Below are positions 13,803-27,125 of a DNA stretch of 64,000 nt, in pieces. Within the stretch, counting starts at the first letter, position 1. The number at the start of each line of letters is the position of its first letter. The stretch is from assembly GCF_004010195.1 (NCBI RefSeq), contig NC_057749.1, forward strand, positions 13,762,543-13,826,542, in the 5' to 3' direction. A model generated the notes under the pieces. It saw only the letters and a program-made list of their open reading frames with translations. It was not told the DNA's origin and did not search any database. This DNA is from Chiloscyllium plagiosum (lineage: Eukaryota). The translations under genes and the position numbers were made by a program.

Positions 13803-14670
13803 GGTAGACTGATTACCCGTGTTTGCGTCGCCAAATACCAGAGTAATGCCATTTACAAGTTCGCTGATGACACCACCACGGTCGGTCGAAACAGACTATA
13901 GACGGGAGGTGGAAGACCTGGAAAAATGGTGCACTGAGAACGACCTAGCACTCAATGCCGACAAAACCAAGGAACTCATTATTGACTTTCAGCGGGATGT
14001 TACTCATGCCCCCCTACACATTAGTAGCAGAGAGGTGGAATGAATGGAGAGTGTCAAGTTCGTGGGAGTGGTCAGCCACAACAAGCTTTCTTGGACTCTT
14101 CCTGTGGTTACAAAGATCCAACGTCTCTTCTTCTACAGGCAGCTGAGAAATTTGGCATGACGGCAAATATCCTTGCCAACTTATATCAGTGCGTCATCGA
14201 GAGCATTCTGTCTGGATGTATCACTACCTGGTATGGCAACTCTACCATTCAAGATCGGAGATGGTTACAGAGAGAGGTGAACTTGGCCCGGACAATCACA
14301 AACACCAACCTCCCATCTACAGAATCCATTTACCAGGCCCGTTTTCAACGAAAGACCGCCAGCATTCTCAAAGATCCATCCCACCTTGGCAAAGCTTTTC
14401 TACAACCTCCACCATCAGGAAGAAAGTACAGAAGCCTGAACACCTGCACCAGCTGGTTTTGAAACAGTTTCTACCCTACTGTTGTTAGAATACTGAATGG
14501 ACTCAAAAACTCTTAACGTTCGCCTGTACCTGTGTTTTTGTTTTTGCTGCTGTTTACCTATTATTTACTTATCTATGCTATTTAACTCTGTGATCTACCT
14601 GTATTGCTTGCAAGACAAAGCTTTTCACTGTGGCTCGGTACTTGTGACAATAAATTCAATTCAATTCAAC
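13803..14670 (+). mobile_element. Rex1/Babar-type LINE 3' fragment
   Basis: YKFADDTT RT motif, ALNADKTKELIIDF and LYQCVIESILSGCITTWYGN. Ends in aataaa followed by a (ttcaa)n tail. Confidence 0.85.
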
Positions 14671-15192
14671 AGACTAATTAAAATGCAAAATCCAGATTCC
14701 TTTCAAGTCTTTTTGTCCCTCAATAATTAAAGGTTTTATCAATGTACAAGAAGTGACATCTCAGATTAGACAATACGCTTTAGGTGTGAGGTCCCTACGA
14801 GAGAGCGAGAGAGAGAGAGTGTGTGTGTGTTCACATGTGCATACATGTGGCAGGAGCAAATAAGGAAAGAAAACTGGGCAGAAACAAATGTCTTTTGCAT
14901 GATCTAAGAAATAATCATGCCCAAAATATTAAAATATTAATCAGGTATTTGATATTATAAATAAGAACTAATGAACGAAGATTTGGAACAAGATATATAT
15001 AAAACTGCTTACAGTTCCCAAGTTCACCTTCTTCCTCTCTAAAACCCACTATAAGCTTTAATTGAATTAGTTATATATTCGCCAGTTAACTATTTAAAAA
15101 AAAAATCAATATTTGAGTGCAAAAACTGGTTTGGTTATGAGACCTTTGCTGATACTGAGGTTCCCAGGTATTACTGGGTTCATTAGTAGATT

Positions 15193-15611
15193 GTTAAAAA
15201 TCACACAACAGCAGGTTATAGTCCAACAGGTTTAATTGGAAGCACTAGCTTTCGGAGCGCTGCTCCTTCATCAGGTTTCTGTGGAGTACACAATTGTAAG
15301 ATATAGAATTTATAGCAAAAGTTGACAGTGTGATGTAATTGAAATTATACATTGAAAAATACCTTGATTGTAACACATGAGAGACTTAATAAACAATCAA
15401 TGTATTTTTCAATGTATAATTTCAGTTCCAGCACACTGTCAACTCTTGCTATAAATTCTGTATCTTACAATTGTGTACTCCCACAGCCACCTGATGAAGG
15501 AGCAGCGCTCCGAAAGCTAGTGCTTCCAATTAAACCTGTTGGACTATAACCTGCTGTTGTGTGATTTTTAACTTTGTACACCCTAGTCCAACACCGGCAT
15601 CTCCAAATCAT
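15193..15611. mobile_element. Penelope-derived fold-back element (family B), ~180-bp inverted arms
   Basis: gttaaaaatcacacaac...gttgtgtgatttttaac palindrome with a 3' tail. Duplicated flank cattagtagattgt at 15181 and 15609. Confidence 0.85.
15485..15525 (+). ncRNA. Minimal hammerhead ribozyme motif (family B)
   Basis: cac CTGATGA A GGAGC agc GCTCC GAAA GCTA gtg: core, stem II and stem I cac/gtg. A mirror copy lies on the minus strand at 15241-15276. Confidence 0.7.
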
Positions 15612-16576
15612 TAGTAGATTGTGTGTGCAAATCCCACTATGAAGCCTGTTATAATGGGGAGCAAAATACATTGATCAAAATTGCATTTAGCTGCTGGTGA
15701 AGATGAACTATTCTTCAGTGCTAAAAATCTTTCCTATATTCCCTCCATCATGTTAGGAAGTAATTTGTTGCAGTTTCCGTTGCATTTTACAAAAACAAAA
15801 TAATTGCCTGAATGTAAAGTGGCTGGAGGTATAAAATATCTTGCTGTGTCTTGGCTTAATTCCCAAACTCTGACATAGTAATACCTAGAATTCTTCCGAG
15901 TCTGCTAGTAATGGTAAAAAGATATTATAAATTACAATACAGCCATTTTACAATTATACTGTATGTTTGGTAATTGATCAACAGGCCATTTAACCCAATG
16001 GGTCTATGCTGGCATTTTACAGCGGTTCAAAAAAGGAGCTCAACACCACCTTCCCAAGGGCAACTAGGTTGAGCAATAAATACTGGCTCAGCCAGCCACA
16101 CCCATATCCGCACAGTGATTAAAAGAATCTATAAGGCTTCCTTAATTTTATAGATTGGAATGCAGTATTCCAGTCTATCTATTGTGACATCTAGCGGTGG
16201 GACAATGTCATGACAACTGTTCACAGTGTAAGTCAGTGAAATACTTACAGGTAGCAAAAACATGAATTCATATTCATAGAAATAGAGATTAGAGCACGAC
16301 TGGTTTTACTTGATATGTAAATTTAGGGAAGTATTTATGAACTCTAAATAATTTAAAACTAATAGTGAATAAGTTCTTCCAATGTTTGTGGATTTCTCCT
16401 TGTCAACCTTCATGTGTTATTTTCTCTTCTGTTCCTATATTACTCAGCATTATAACTATGCAACAAAAGCAACAACATATAAGCATGAATCTGTTTTTCT
16501 AAAGAAACTGTCAGCCTGCTTATTTGTAAAATTAATTAATTCTAATTATATAGTTTCCCTCACCCTATTAAATAGT

Positions 16577-16932
16577 TAAAAATCACCAACACCAGGTTTA
16601 TTTGGAAGGACTAGCTTTTCCGCCTCAGAACACTTCAACCCTAGGGCATCAATGTGGACTTCAACAGTTTCCTCATTTCCCCTTCCCCCACCTCACCACT
16701 CACCTATTGTACTCTATGCTACTTTCTCTCCACCCCCACTCTCCTCTCATTTATCTCTCCACCCTTCAGGCACTCAGCCTGTATTCCTGATGAAGGGCTT
16801 TTGCCCGAAACGTCGATTTTACTGCTCCTCCGATGCTGCCTGAACTGCCTGCTCTTCCAGCACCACTAATCCAGAATTTGTGATTTTTAACTTTGTCCAC
16901 TGCAGTCCAACACCAGCTCTTCCGCATCATGG
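16577..16932. mobile_element. Family B fold-back element enclosing a family A Penelope 3' end
   Basis: Family B ends flank a GIY-YIG C-terminal remnant plus pLTR containing CTGATGAAGGGCTTTTGCCCGAAACGTC (16787-16814). TSD ctattaaatagt at 16565-16576 and 16933-16944. Confidence 0.8.
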
Positions 16933-18544
16933 CTATTAAATAGTGTTAAGATTTTCCACATTCACGCGCCAAAGCATTTGTTATTAATATAACACATTAA
17001 AGGCCCAGGTATACATTTCTTTACTCATCACACATAAAACCAGTGAACATTGTTGAAGCAGCAATTCAATCTGGAACTCAACTACTGTTCATAAAACGAT
17101 CGTGGTATTCTGTGGTGCTTTAGGATGCCATTGCAACAGAATGCCTTGTAAACTTTACTTCCATTTTAACACGAGCCACACACCTTTGAAACTTTGCTCT
17201 GGCAATTTAACTGTGGAGCAGTAAAGATGTACAGAATACCAAAATTCCCAAGAATACAGGATGGAAGTAGAAGTGAGGGCAAGAGTAATTCAAAGTAAAA
17301 GAATCTACAACTACACAGTTAGTCTAAAACCTTCTGGAAACAGTAAAGAAAATCTGACCAAGATTTTACACTTTAAAGGTTGGCCTGTTTTTGCCTTTGT
17401 GTATCCTCTGAGATTCTTCACTTTTTCATTTTAGCTCCAATCAAGTTGCATTGTTCAGTTCCCCCTTCAAACTCGTGCACCCATAATATCTGACAATTAC
17501 TCAGTACCTAAGTGAATTCTCACCCTGAAAGCTCATTCTTTTATTACATTCTTTTGTTCATTGTTCCCCCTAAATATTTAACTTTAGATACATGGATTAA
17601 AAATGAACATTTTATATCTGCCTTAAAAGCTGTAAATTATTCAAAATGTTTTTTATGAAATAGGTTATAGTGCTAATTTTCCTTTGTGAGGCTATTGTGT
17701 ATATTGAGTTTTCTTTGATATTTTTAAAGCATATTCTATTCTTACACCATCCCCTGCTGTGAAACCACTTGCAAACTATTTTATTGGACTCTTTCTTAAA
17801 TGCATACTGAGGAGTTTGCATTGAGGTGCAATTACTTTAAAATGGTTTTTTTCAAAGCTACCAATATTAGATATCTCTAGGTACTTTGTGACAGCAATGT
17901 CAATGGACCATCTTTTTTCTAAGACAAGATAATTTTATAAAACACTTACTGAAACTGCATCTTCAACTGACAGTCGTATTAGCAAGATATTGTTGGCAAC
18001 TTTTAAAATATGCACAACATTGCTCACCAACATTTTAGGAGGTATAACAGAAAAATGAAAGTCAAAAGTCACTGGAATCTTCTAGAAGAGTCTTGTAACA
18101 AAGAAAGGAAACTGCTGATATCAATCAAATCTTGCTGACATAGAAAGCGAGGTGAGGAGCGATTGGAAATCAACTTGGCTACAGTGCCAGAGATATTCTA
18201 AGTGGTCACTATGGGAACATCTTACAAAGGTCAATGCAGTTGCATGGTAGTGTCATTACTTCTCAGCATTTCTTGAAGTAGTAACATGCTGTGATAAAGG
18301 GGAACCAGTGGGTGTACAGTACTTAGATTTTCAGAAGACGTTTCATAAGGTATCACATTAAAGGTTATTATGGAAAATAATAGCTCATGGTGTAGGGGTA
18401 ACATCTTGTCGCGGATAGAAGATTATTTAGCTAACGGAAAGAGAGAGTAGGCATAAATGGGTCACTTTCTGGTTAGCAAGATTTAATGAATGGTGTGCCA
18501 CAGTGATCTGTGCTTGACCTCAACATTTAACAATTATATCAATC

Positions 18545-20000
18545 TCAGGTCAGAGAGGTGACCATGGGTACCCACATGTTCCCCCAGTTATGTCTATCTC
18601 TTTGTGGGGTACATGGAACGTTCCTTGTGCCAGTCCTATTTGGGCCCCTACCCCCAAGTCTTTCTCCGGTATACTGATGTTATTATCGATTCTGCTTCCC
18701 TGTCTCCAGCCTGGAAAAGTTTATTGATTTTGCTTCCAATTTCCACCCCATTCTACCTTCACCTAGTCCAGCTCTGACTCCTCCTTCCCCGACATCTCTG
18801 TTTTCATTTCTGGGGATAGGCTGGCCATCAATATCCACTACAATCGATTACATTGACTACACATCTTCACACCCTGTTTCCTGTAAAGACAGTATTCCAT
18901 TCTCCCTGTTCCTCTGTCTCCACGGCATCTATTCTGATGACGCTAACTTCAGCAAGGGGGCCTCCAAAATGTCGATCTTCTTTCTCAACTGAGGATTCCC
19001 CAGGACTGTACTTGCCAGGGCCCTCAGCCGGGTCTGACCCATCTCCTGCACCTCAGCCCTCACCCCCTCTTGTCCCTCCTACAATTGCAATAGGGTCCAC
19101 TTTGCATTCACGTACCATCCCACAAGCATCCACATCTAGAGGATCATTAGCCACATTTCCACCAGCTCCAGCAGGATGCCACCACCAGACACATATTCCC
19201 CTCCCTTCCGTGTCAGCCATCCACATGGACATTCCCTCAGGGACTCTCTGGTCCACTCCTCCTTCATTCACTTGCTTCTCCCCACTACCCCACGGCAGAC
19301 TCCCCAGCAATGACAGAAGGTGTGAAGCGGTGCTTTACCTGCACTTCACTCGATCTAGTTTACTGCATTCGCTGCTTACAATATGGTCTCCTCTACATTG
19401 GGGTAACAATGAGTAGGTTGGGTGACCATTTCACAGAATGTCTATGTTCTATCCACAAAAATGATCCTGAGCTTCCAGTTGCATGTCACTTCAACACACC
19501 ACCTTGTTCCCTGGCTAATATCTGTGTCTCAGGCTTGATGCCGTGTTCCAGAGAAGTTCAGCGCAAACTGGAAGAACAGCACCTTATTTTCCGCCCTGGA
19601 ACACAAGTCTTCTGACTCAATATTGAGTTCAACAATTTTAGGGCTTGAGGCACCTTCGCCCATGTCTTTACCTCAACCCCACCCACCAGTCCTTGTTATC
19701 ACATGGTCTGCATTTACACACATCCCATTGTTAGCCACTATTTGTCCGTATTATTAACTATTCATTCTCCTAGGCTGATCATTATCCACTCCCTTGTCTG
19801 TCCAGTTGCTCTTCTCTCTCTTTGGGTTCTTTCTCCATCTATCATTTACTCCCTACCTGTTCCTCTGACCCTACCTTCTGCATTAAAAAAAAATCAATAT
19901 TTTCCTAGCTACCATCAGTTGAGGAAGAATCACTGGACCCAAAAATGTTAAATCTGATTTCACGCCATAGATACTACCAGCAATTTCTGTTTTTGTTTTC
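18545..20000 (+). mobile_element. Penelope-like element (RT remnant, GIY-YIG, pLTR)
   Basis: MGT..PSY..LFVGYME and FLRYTD RT remnants. FTCTSLDLVYCIRCLQYGLLYIGVT...PVACHFN...RKLEEQHLIFR is GIY-YIG. Confidence 0.85.
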
Positions 20001-20689
20001 AAATTAATTTAAATGACTTGGATGAGGTTCCTAAAGTATGGTTATCAGAGTTGCTGGTGACACTAAGTTAGATAGGAAACTAAGTTGTGAATTTTGGCTT
20101 CTTGTGGAGACAGGAAGATATAAAGGTCTCGATACAGATAAAGTTTTGAAGAAGTCATACCAAACTCAAAACATTACATTTGTTTCTCTCTCTGTAGATG
20201 TTGCTAGATCTGGTGAGATTCTCCACCATTCTCTTTTGTGTAAGAGATAAAGATGGATTCAGTGAACAGGCAAAGATGTGGCAAATGCGATATAGTATGG
20301 GAAAATGTGATATTGTGCATTTTGACTGGAAGAATAAAAAGCATCTTATCAAAAGAGAGAGTCAGATTGCAGAGCTCTGGAATGCAAAGCAATATGGGTA
20401 TCCTTGTGCGTGCATTGCAAAAGGTTGGTGTGCACTGGCATCAAATAATTAGGAAAGCGACTGTTTTCGTTTAATCATAATAGGAACCGAATACAAAAGC
20501 CAAATGTTTGCTTCAGCTACACAATGCATTGATGACATCACATCTGGATTACAGTGTATAGTATCAAACTCTTTATTTAAAAAATATGCAAATACGTTGG
20601 ATGCAGTTCAGAGAAGGTTTACTAGACTTATGCCTGGAATGGGTGGGTTGTCTTGAGGAAAGGTTGGACAGGCTAGGTATCCCCTGGAT

Positions 20690-20855
20690 AGAAGTGGGTA
20701 CTGCAGATGCTGGAGATTAGAGTCAAGATCAGAGTGGTGCTGGAAAAGCACAGCAGGTCAGGCAGCATCGAGGTGTAGGAAAATTGACGTTTTGGGTCAA
20801 AGCCCGAATGATTTCTGATGAAGTGCTTTTGCCTGAAACATCGATTTTCCTCCTA
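20690..20855. mobile_element. Family A fold-back element
   Basis: ctgcagatgctggagat...gtggtgctggaaaagcacagcaggtcaggcagcatc followed by a partial inverted arm. Flanking duplication tatcccctg. Confidence 0.7.
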
Positions 20856-20949
20856 CTTATATCCCCTGAAGCTCAGAATTGCAAGAGGTGACTTGATAGA
20901 AACATACAATCCTGAAGGGGTCTTTACAGGGTACATGTGGAAAGGATGT

Positions 20950-21480
20950 AATTTGATTTGATTTCATTTATGGTCGTCATGTGTACCTAAGTGAAAAGCT
21001 TTGTGAGCAGGACAGATCACAGTAAGCAAGTTACATACAGATCATAGAGAGAAAATGAGGGCTGCAGATGCTGGAGATCAGAGCTGAAAATGTGTTGCTG
21101 GAAAAGCACAGCAGGTCAGGCAGCATCCAAGGAACAGGAAAATCGACGTTTCAAGCCATTCCTGAAGAAGGGCTTATGCCCGAAACGTCGATTCTCCTGT
21201 TCCTTGGATGCTGCCTGACCTGCTGCGCTTTTCCAGCAACACATTTTCAGCTACATACAGATCATAGGGTGATTAGACAGAGTGAGGCATACAGGTTACA
21301 TTGCACAGCAGGTACATGAAGCAAGTTCAACGTTAACAAGATCAACATTATTTGAAGTTACAGAGTCCATTTGTCAATCTAATAATAGTAGAGTGAATGT
21401 TCTTGAACCGGTTAGTGCATGTGTTCAAGCTTCTGTACCTTCTAGTTGTAGAAGAAGTTGTAGGAAAGCTTTACATAGAT
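20950..21480 (-). mobile_element. Rex1/Babar LINE 3' end
   Basis: (atttg)n tail and gtgaaaagctttg...gttcttgaaccggttagtgcatgtgttcaagcttctgtacc resemble the reverse complement of 14420-14670 and 35590-35850. Confidence 0.7.
21048..21251. mobile_element. Young family A fold-back element with hammerhead
   Basis: Near-perfect inverted arms. CTGAAGAAGGGCTTATGCCCGAAACGTC at ~21162-21189. 16-bp TSD tacatacagatcatag at 21032-21047 and 21252-21267. Confidence 0.9.
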
Positions 21481-22402
21481 TTGTCTTGTAGAAGAGTCTA
21501 GGGGTCACATTAAAAATAATGGGCTGTCTACCTAAGACAGTTGAGGACAATTTCTTTTCTCATAGAGGGTCATGAATCTTTGGAACTCTCTTCTCAAAAG
21601 GTGATTTTTGAATTTTTTTTAAGGTAGAGGTAGATAGATTCCTGTGAGCAAGAGAATTGAAAGGTTATCAGGTAGGCAGGACTGTGGAGTAATCAGATGA
21701 GCCATGAGACTACTGAATGACACAGCAAGCTCAAGAGGCCTGGTAACCTATTTCTGCTCCTAATTAAATGTTCAATAATGCCACGGTGGAAGAAGGGGAG
21801 GTGAAAAGGAGACATCAAGTGAGATACTGGGCACCTCCCCATCCGAGGGCAAAGGAAAATTGAGCCCAACCTAGCATTTTTATGAAGTTGAATATCCAGA
21901 ATAAGAGTCAAAGACAAAATCTATTCCAATTAAGTAACTTTTTTTTAATGGACTGCAATTAGTTATTGTTACATTTTTTTTCAGTAATTTAACACTCATG
22001 AAAAGTTTAATTATGAAGAATATGCAAACAAGTGAAATATTTTTCAATTCCTTACTTTTAACAAATTTCTTTGCTCATTTTCTTATTAAGGCATTCATTT
22101 CTTTGATTCTAATTTCCTTACACTTATCGTCAGAACATTCCACTGCCTTACTTTTCCCTACCTTAATAATCCTTTCAATCACATGTCCCTGCACAGCAAC
22201 TTTTGTTCCTCCAACACTAGCCTGCTACTTGTTCTTCATTTCACAACAAGCTGCTTCCTTGATCATTCAGCCTCTGGGAATTCTCAGCATTGCCCCTGCT
22301 TTCCTTCAGAGTCTTGTCTTTCACTGTGCTTTCAGTCCCAGCAAACCTTCCTTTCTCCTTCTTCCTCAATACTTGCACTTTGCACATTGCCTATACTGTG
22401 CA

Positions 22403-22482
22403 GTACTGTGCGAAACGTCGATTCTCCTGTTCCCTGGATGCTGCCTGACCTGCTGCGCTTTTCCAGCAACACATTTTCAGCT
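22403..22482 (+). mobile_element. Truncated family A arm
   Basis: Nearly identical to 21181-21251. TSD cctatactgtgca at 22390-22402 and 22483-22495. Confidence 0.85.
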
Positions 22483-23979
22483 CCTATACTGTGCATTAAC
22501 CTATCTTCTCTGTGCATGATTAATTCTCCAAAATTTGGTTCTGTAGTTCACTTTTCTAAAGTAGTCTTTTTTTATGCTCAGCTCAAATGCCCATTCTCAC
22601 TCACTGAACCCATACATCGAGTATCAGGTGGAACGATAGAAAGGCAATAGTTTCCACCCCCCAGTCCGAAACAGTGAGGCCAATTGTGACACCCCAATTT
22701 CTGTTGCACTGAGGTATTCAAATTGTTTAATCATGATCAAGACTATAATTAAGTTACTTTAATCAATGCAATCAACCTTACATTTGCAAGACATTTTGGC
22801 AATCTTCACTAAAGAAACAGCAATTGACATCACTAGTTTGACACAATAGAATAGCATTTAACAATGTTCACCACACGTATGGATATCTTTTTTCAATGGC
22901 AAATAAAGAGTAAGTGCTAAATGGGCAGAAGAACAAAAATGTAAAGGACTTAGATGTGACAAAAACATGGTTGAAAAGAAAGTCTCTCACAAGGTTTTTA
23001 AAAGGCAGGGAGGGAGGTGGAGGCAATGAGCAAAAGTTCCAGAAGGCACTTGCAGACAACTAAAGGACAGCCATTGCTAGTTGAATGAAGGACAAATAAT
23101 AAATAAACCAGTTTTTGAAGAGCAGGGAGATGCATATATAAGGCGTCACAGAAAGAGATCGTGAGGCAAATTAACTGTAGGATTTGAGGTGATCTGGAGG
23201 TCAGATAACAAGTGAAATAGGTGCTAAGCATTAGGGTGACAGGGATGAGAAGGCAGCTGCAGGCTTTAGTACAGGCTGTCGTACTGAAGATGTCTTATGG
23301 AGATGGGGAAGCAATTCACTGATGGAAAATCCTAAGATCTGACCATTCCTGAATAAAATTTGATCTTTTCATTAGTAATTCTGTTGATTGACTATTCATT
23401 TTTGAGACCATTTACATCCTTGCTTTGCACGAACTTGTAGTCTGTGCTCCCTCAGGCCAATATCCTGAAACCTGTGAGTCATTAGTAAATGTACATCTGT
23501 GCATCATGCCCTCATGCAATTTGACATACTTGATGGATATCAGCTTCTCAAAGACTCCTCCTCCTCCATGTCCAGATATTTTTCACCCTCCCCAGGGAAA
23601 TTCAATTAAGAGTGTCTGTTCCCACCCATCAGTCAATGATTGACACGATCAGGATTCTATCCACAACTCATTGTCATGTGAGATGTGTCTGGGTCTGCAA
23701 GTTAGCAAGGGAATTGCAGCTTGCTGGTTTGAAGATGCTAATTTTTCTTATTCATAAAACAGAAACTGAACCGACCCTTTCTGCCTAGATGGATTAAAAC
23801 TTAGAGGCTACTGAAAGCATTGCCAATGGCAGGTTAGTTTAGGGTCAAAATAGATTAAAGGGTCAAACTATATCCAATTATACAATACTAATATCGCATT
23901 TATTAAAACTGTTTCAGCTTACATCAAAGCTAGCTGTGCAATTTAGTTTGAACATGAAGGTATCTGAATTGTGAAATGA

Positions 23980-24192
23980 AAGTAAAAGATGTCATTGTCC
24001 CAGAGGATCATAGTCAGTTCTCATTAAAGTTAGTCAACTGGTGATGAGTTTAATCTGAGAGTTACCACACCTCACAGAAAGGGCAAAGTTGAGAAAGCAG
24101 AGTTTTCATGGTGACATTAGTATTGGAAGTGAACCTGTGCTTTTAGACCTCACTTGCAACACAAACAAGTCTTCCGGCCAACTGAGCTATCT
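23980..24192 (-). mobile_element. tRNA-derived SINE (related to 59095-59297)
   Basis: Minus 5' end atagctcagttggccggaagac...gggttcact; shares the aggttaaac.caccagt core with 59220. Confidence 0.55.
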
Positions 24193-24294
24193 GAGGTATA
24201 AAGCGATCCTCAAAATGGATTATCTAGCAGCTCCTTTAACTGAACACTGAGAAGAGCAAAACTTGTTTCTTTGAGTCCAGCGACAAACATGACT

Positions 24295-24595
24295 AGGGAA
24301 GGCGACAGTTTAGTGGTATTATTGCAGTTCTGAGGAGCCAGGTTCAATTCCTGCCATGATAGAGTGAGATTTGAATTCAATTTTTAAAAATTGGAATTAA
24401 GACTAATGATGATCATGAATCTATTGTCAATTGCCATTAAAAATGCATCTGATTCACTAATGTCCTTCAGGAAAGGAATCCACCATCTGGCCTATGTGAC
24501 TGAAGACCCACAGCAATGTGGTTGACTCTTAACCCCCCCCTCTGTGCAATAAATGCTCAAGCCAGCAATGCCCTCATCCCTGTGAATGAATAAAA
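24295..24595 (+). mobile_element. tRNA-head SINE with LINE-derived tail
   Basis: ggcgacagtttagtggtatt...ccaggttcaattcc head and aataaatgct..ccagcaatgccc.catccc.tgaatgaataaaa tail. Related minus copy at 39210-39575. Confidence 0.6.
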
Positions 24596-26649
24596 CAAAC
24601 TCCTTTACCACAAACTCCCCATCTATACACTTGGGATGTTCTTTAATCTTAAGCTCAGATTCAAACCTTGTCAATCAACTATTTATTTCTGCCCTTGTAA
24701 CATTTCTTGCCTCTGCCACTTCATTTATTGAAACCTCTTTCACTGCTGTTGTCATCTCTGCACTCGGTTAGAATTAGGTTAATACAGTTATTGCACTGCC
24801 CTCCTTACTAACCTCCAATTCCTGACTATAAACAAACTTCAGCTGTCCATTTTCGAGGCACCCATGTCCTCTCATACATTATGCAATGCCTAACAATCAA
24901 ACACTTCACCTTTATTAACCTGCAATGACTCCATTTCACCTGAAGTATTACATTCAAACCTCTCACCCTTACATTCCTCCAAGCGAAGTATAATTTGTTC
25001 CAGCCTTCAATATTCTCCAGGATCCTTTGATCCCATTCTGACCTTTTGTACACACCCTTGTTCTTTGCTTCTCAATGAAGCAGAGCGTTCAGCTTCTTAA
25101 TCCCACTCCCTTCTTTAAAGCTTCTACCTCTACACTTCTCATTCCTCTTCCAAAAATGAAAAAAAATGTACTATTCAAGCAGGCTTTTAGTTATCCCTCT
25201 AGCTTTCTCACTGTTTCAGCATCTGTTATCTCGAATGGAATGTTTTTACCATGTTGCTGTTGCTTTGTCTTCACACAAGCTGCCATATATTATCACATAA
25301 CGAGAAATTTTTGAAACAGTTTTAACCACTTGCCATTTAATCTTCTCCTTTATTCTTGTGGCAGCACGTGCCAGGATTTTGTTGCATTTAGCAATATGTG
25401 AGTCCGCAAAACTGAGCCTAATTCTGCCTTCATTTGAAATTCTTGCACTTTCAGCAGATTCCTGGATATTAATCAGGGGCACAGCGTACCCGATTTTCTT
25501 CAACTGATTGTTGGCAAGACTCAAACTTAAATTTCGCTTTAAATATTAATGGGGCAGACATTAGAACATCAGCAGCTTTTAAACACGTGCAGCCAGGTTA
25601 AAGAATATCACTCTTCCTTGTCAAGATCTGGCAGTGTAATATCTATTTGGCTTTTGGCAGATACTAGCCTCAAATTAGTACCTACAGTATAACAATATCC
25701 TCAGCGTAACCTGAACAAATGGCCACCTGCAACATTATTGGTTTGTTAGGACATTATTGATGGGTATACATATTTAAAAAAGGATGGATTGCCAAGTTGC
25801 CCTACTGCTGAAAGTTGCTTCTGCACGTATGCTGTGCTTTGGAGTATTTCTTGCCGGAGATTAAGAAAGAAACTCAAAATCAAAAGATATTATAAAAATC
25901 TCACTCTTCTATCTCTCAAAACACATAGAAGCTGCTAATTCTATTTACACAGAGGGAGAGTCAGGAGACACAATTAAAAAGCTACATTGAGTTTTCACTA
26001 AAATTTGACTCATCATACTATTAACAAAAAACGTACATTCAGCCAATAACAAACACAATGAGGAGATTTCCTAGAAATATTTGCAAGCTTATCAGATGCA
26101 TTTTGGAATTCACCTTCAGGCACCTGATTTGTTCGCACATGTTGAGTATTATGTCATACATATAAATATCACCAGCAGCACAAATCTATCTTCACATTAT
26201 CAATCATTTCTGAAGAAAATCTTAGTTAAAGCCCATTGGATGTTTCAACATCCCCAGCCCACACATAATAAAATAACAAAGAGTATACGGATTCCGTACT
26301 CATCCCATAACAGTTGTGATTTTCATAACATGACGAAGAGTGCCTGAGATGAGAAGAGTGGAATCATTAACAATAACTAATATTTTGTCAAGTCATAATT
26401 TCAATTAGAACTGTGCTTGAGGTCCACAATTTGAAATGTTGTTACATGCTATACTGTGAACCTGAACATGTGACTTCCCAGCGAGCAAGCTCCTGATTTC
26501 AAACATGTTACTTTAGGCAACTACCAGACTCACTTTAACCCTTGTGCGTAAAATGAAATTAAAAAGAGCTGGTTTATTTTGTACAATCAGTAATTATCAA
26601 ATACTTTTCGATCACTCCAATAGCCATTCAAACAAAAAACGATATTACA

Positions 26650-27125
26650 GTTATAGAGATGTGACCCTTCAGTCCAACTCATCCATGTCAACCAGATACC
26701 CCGACCCAATCTAGTCCCACCTGCCAGCACCTGGCCCATATCCCTCTAAACCCTTCCTATTCATATACCCATCCAGATGCCTTTTAAATGCTGTAATTGT
26801 ACCAGCCTCCATCACTTCCTCTGGCAGCCCATTCCATACATGCACCACACTCGCGTGAAAAGGTTGCCCTTCAGGTCTCTTTTACATCTTTCCCCTCTCA
26901 CCCTAAGCCTATGCTCTCTAGTTTTGGACTCCCCCAGCCTAGGGAAAAGACTTTGTCTATTTACTGTATCCGTGCCTCTCAAGATTTTATAAACCTCCAT
27001 AAGGTCACCCCTCAGCCTCCGACACTCCAGGGAAAACAGCTCTACCCTATTCAAACCTCTCCCTATAGCTCAAATCCTCCAACCTTGGCAACATCCTTGT
27101 AAATCTTTTCAGAACTCGTTCAAGT
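26650..27125 (-). mobile_element. CR1 LINE 3' fragment
   Basis: LFSLECRRLRGDLMEVYKILRG.D.VNRQSLFP. Confidence 0.9.

Larger units (their letters stand above)
18060..21770 (+). mobile_element. Old CR1 LINE split by nested insertions
   Basis: CR1 RT remnants at 18060-18540, 20005-20090, 20240-20690, 20860-20950 and 21485-21770 are colinear (YLDFQKTF.KV.H..LL.KI; LYNAL...HLDY; RGDLIETY). Confidence 0.75.

Noticed and set aside
15193..15572. DNA-transposon MITE or miRNA hairpin interpretation of the long palindromes
   Set aside because: Arms are Penelope pLTRs with hammerhead cores, an asymmetric tail and long TSDs, not transposase TIRs or short miRNA stems.
17945..18055. Possible next SCAPER exon (minus strand reads VIPPK; GTAAGT nearby)
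   Set aside because: No donor after PPK and the surrounding translation does not match SCAPER. The next true exon appears to lie outside the window.
21998..22650. 173- and 155-aa hydrophobic ORFs
   Set aside because: Pyrimidine-rich low-complexity sequence plus a repeat arm; no homology or splice structure.
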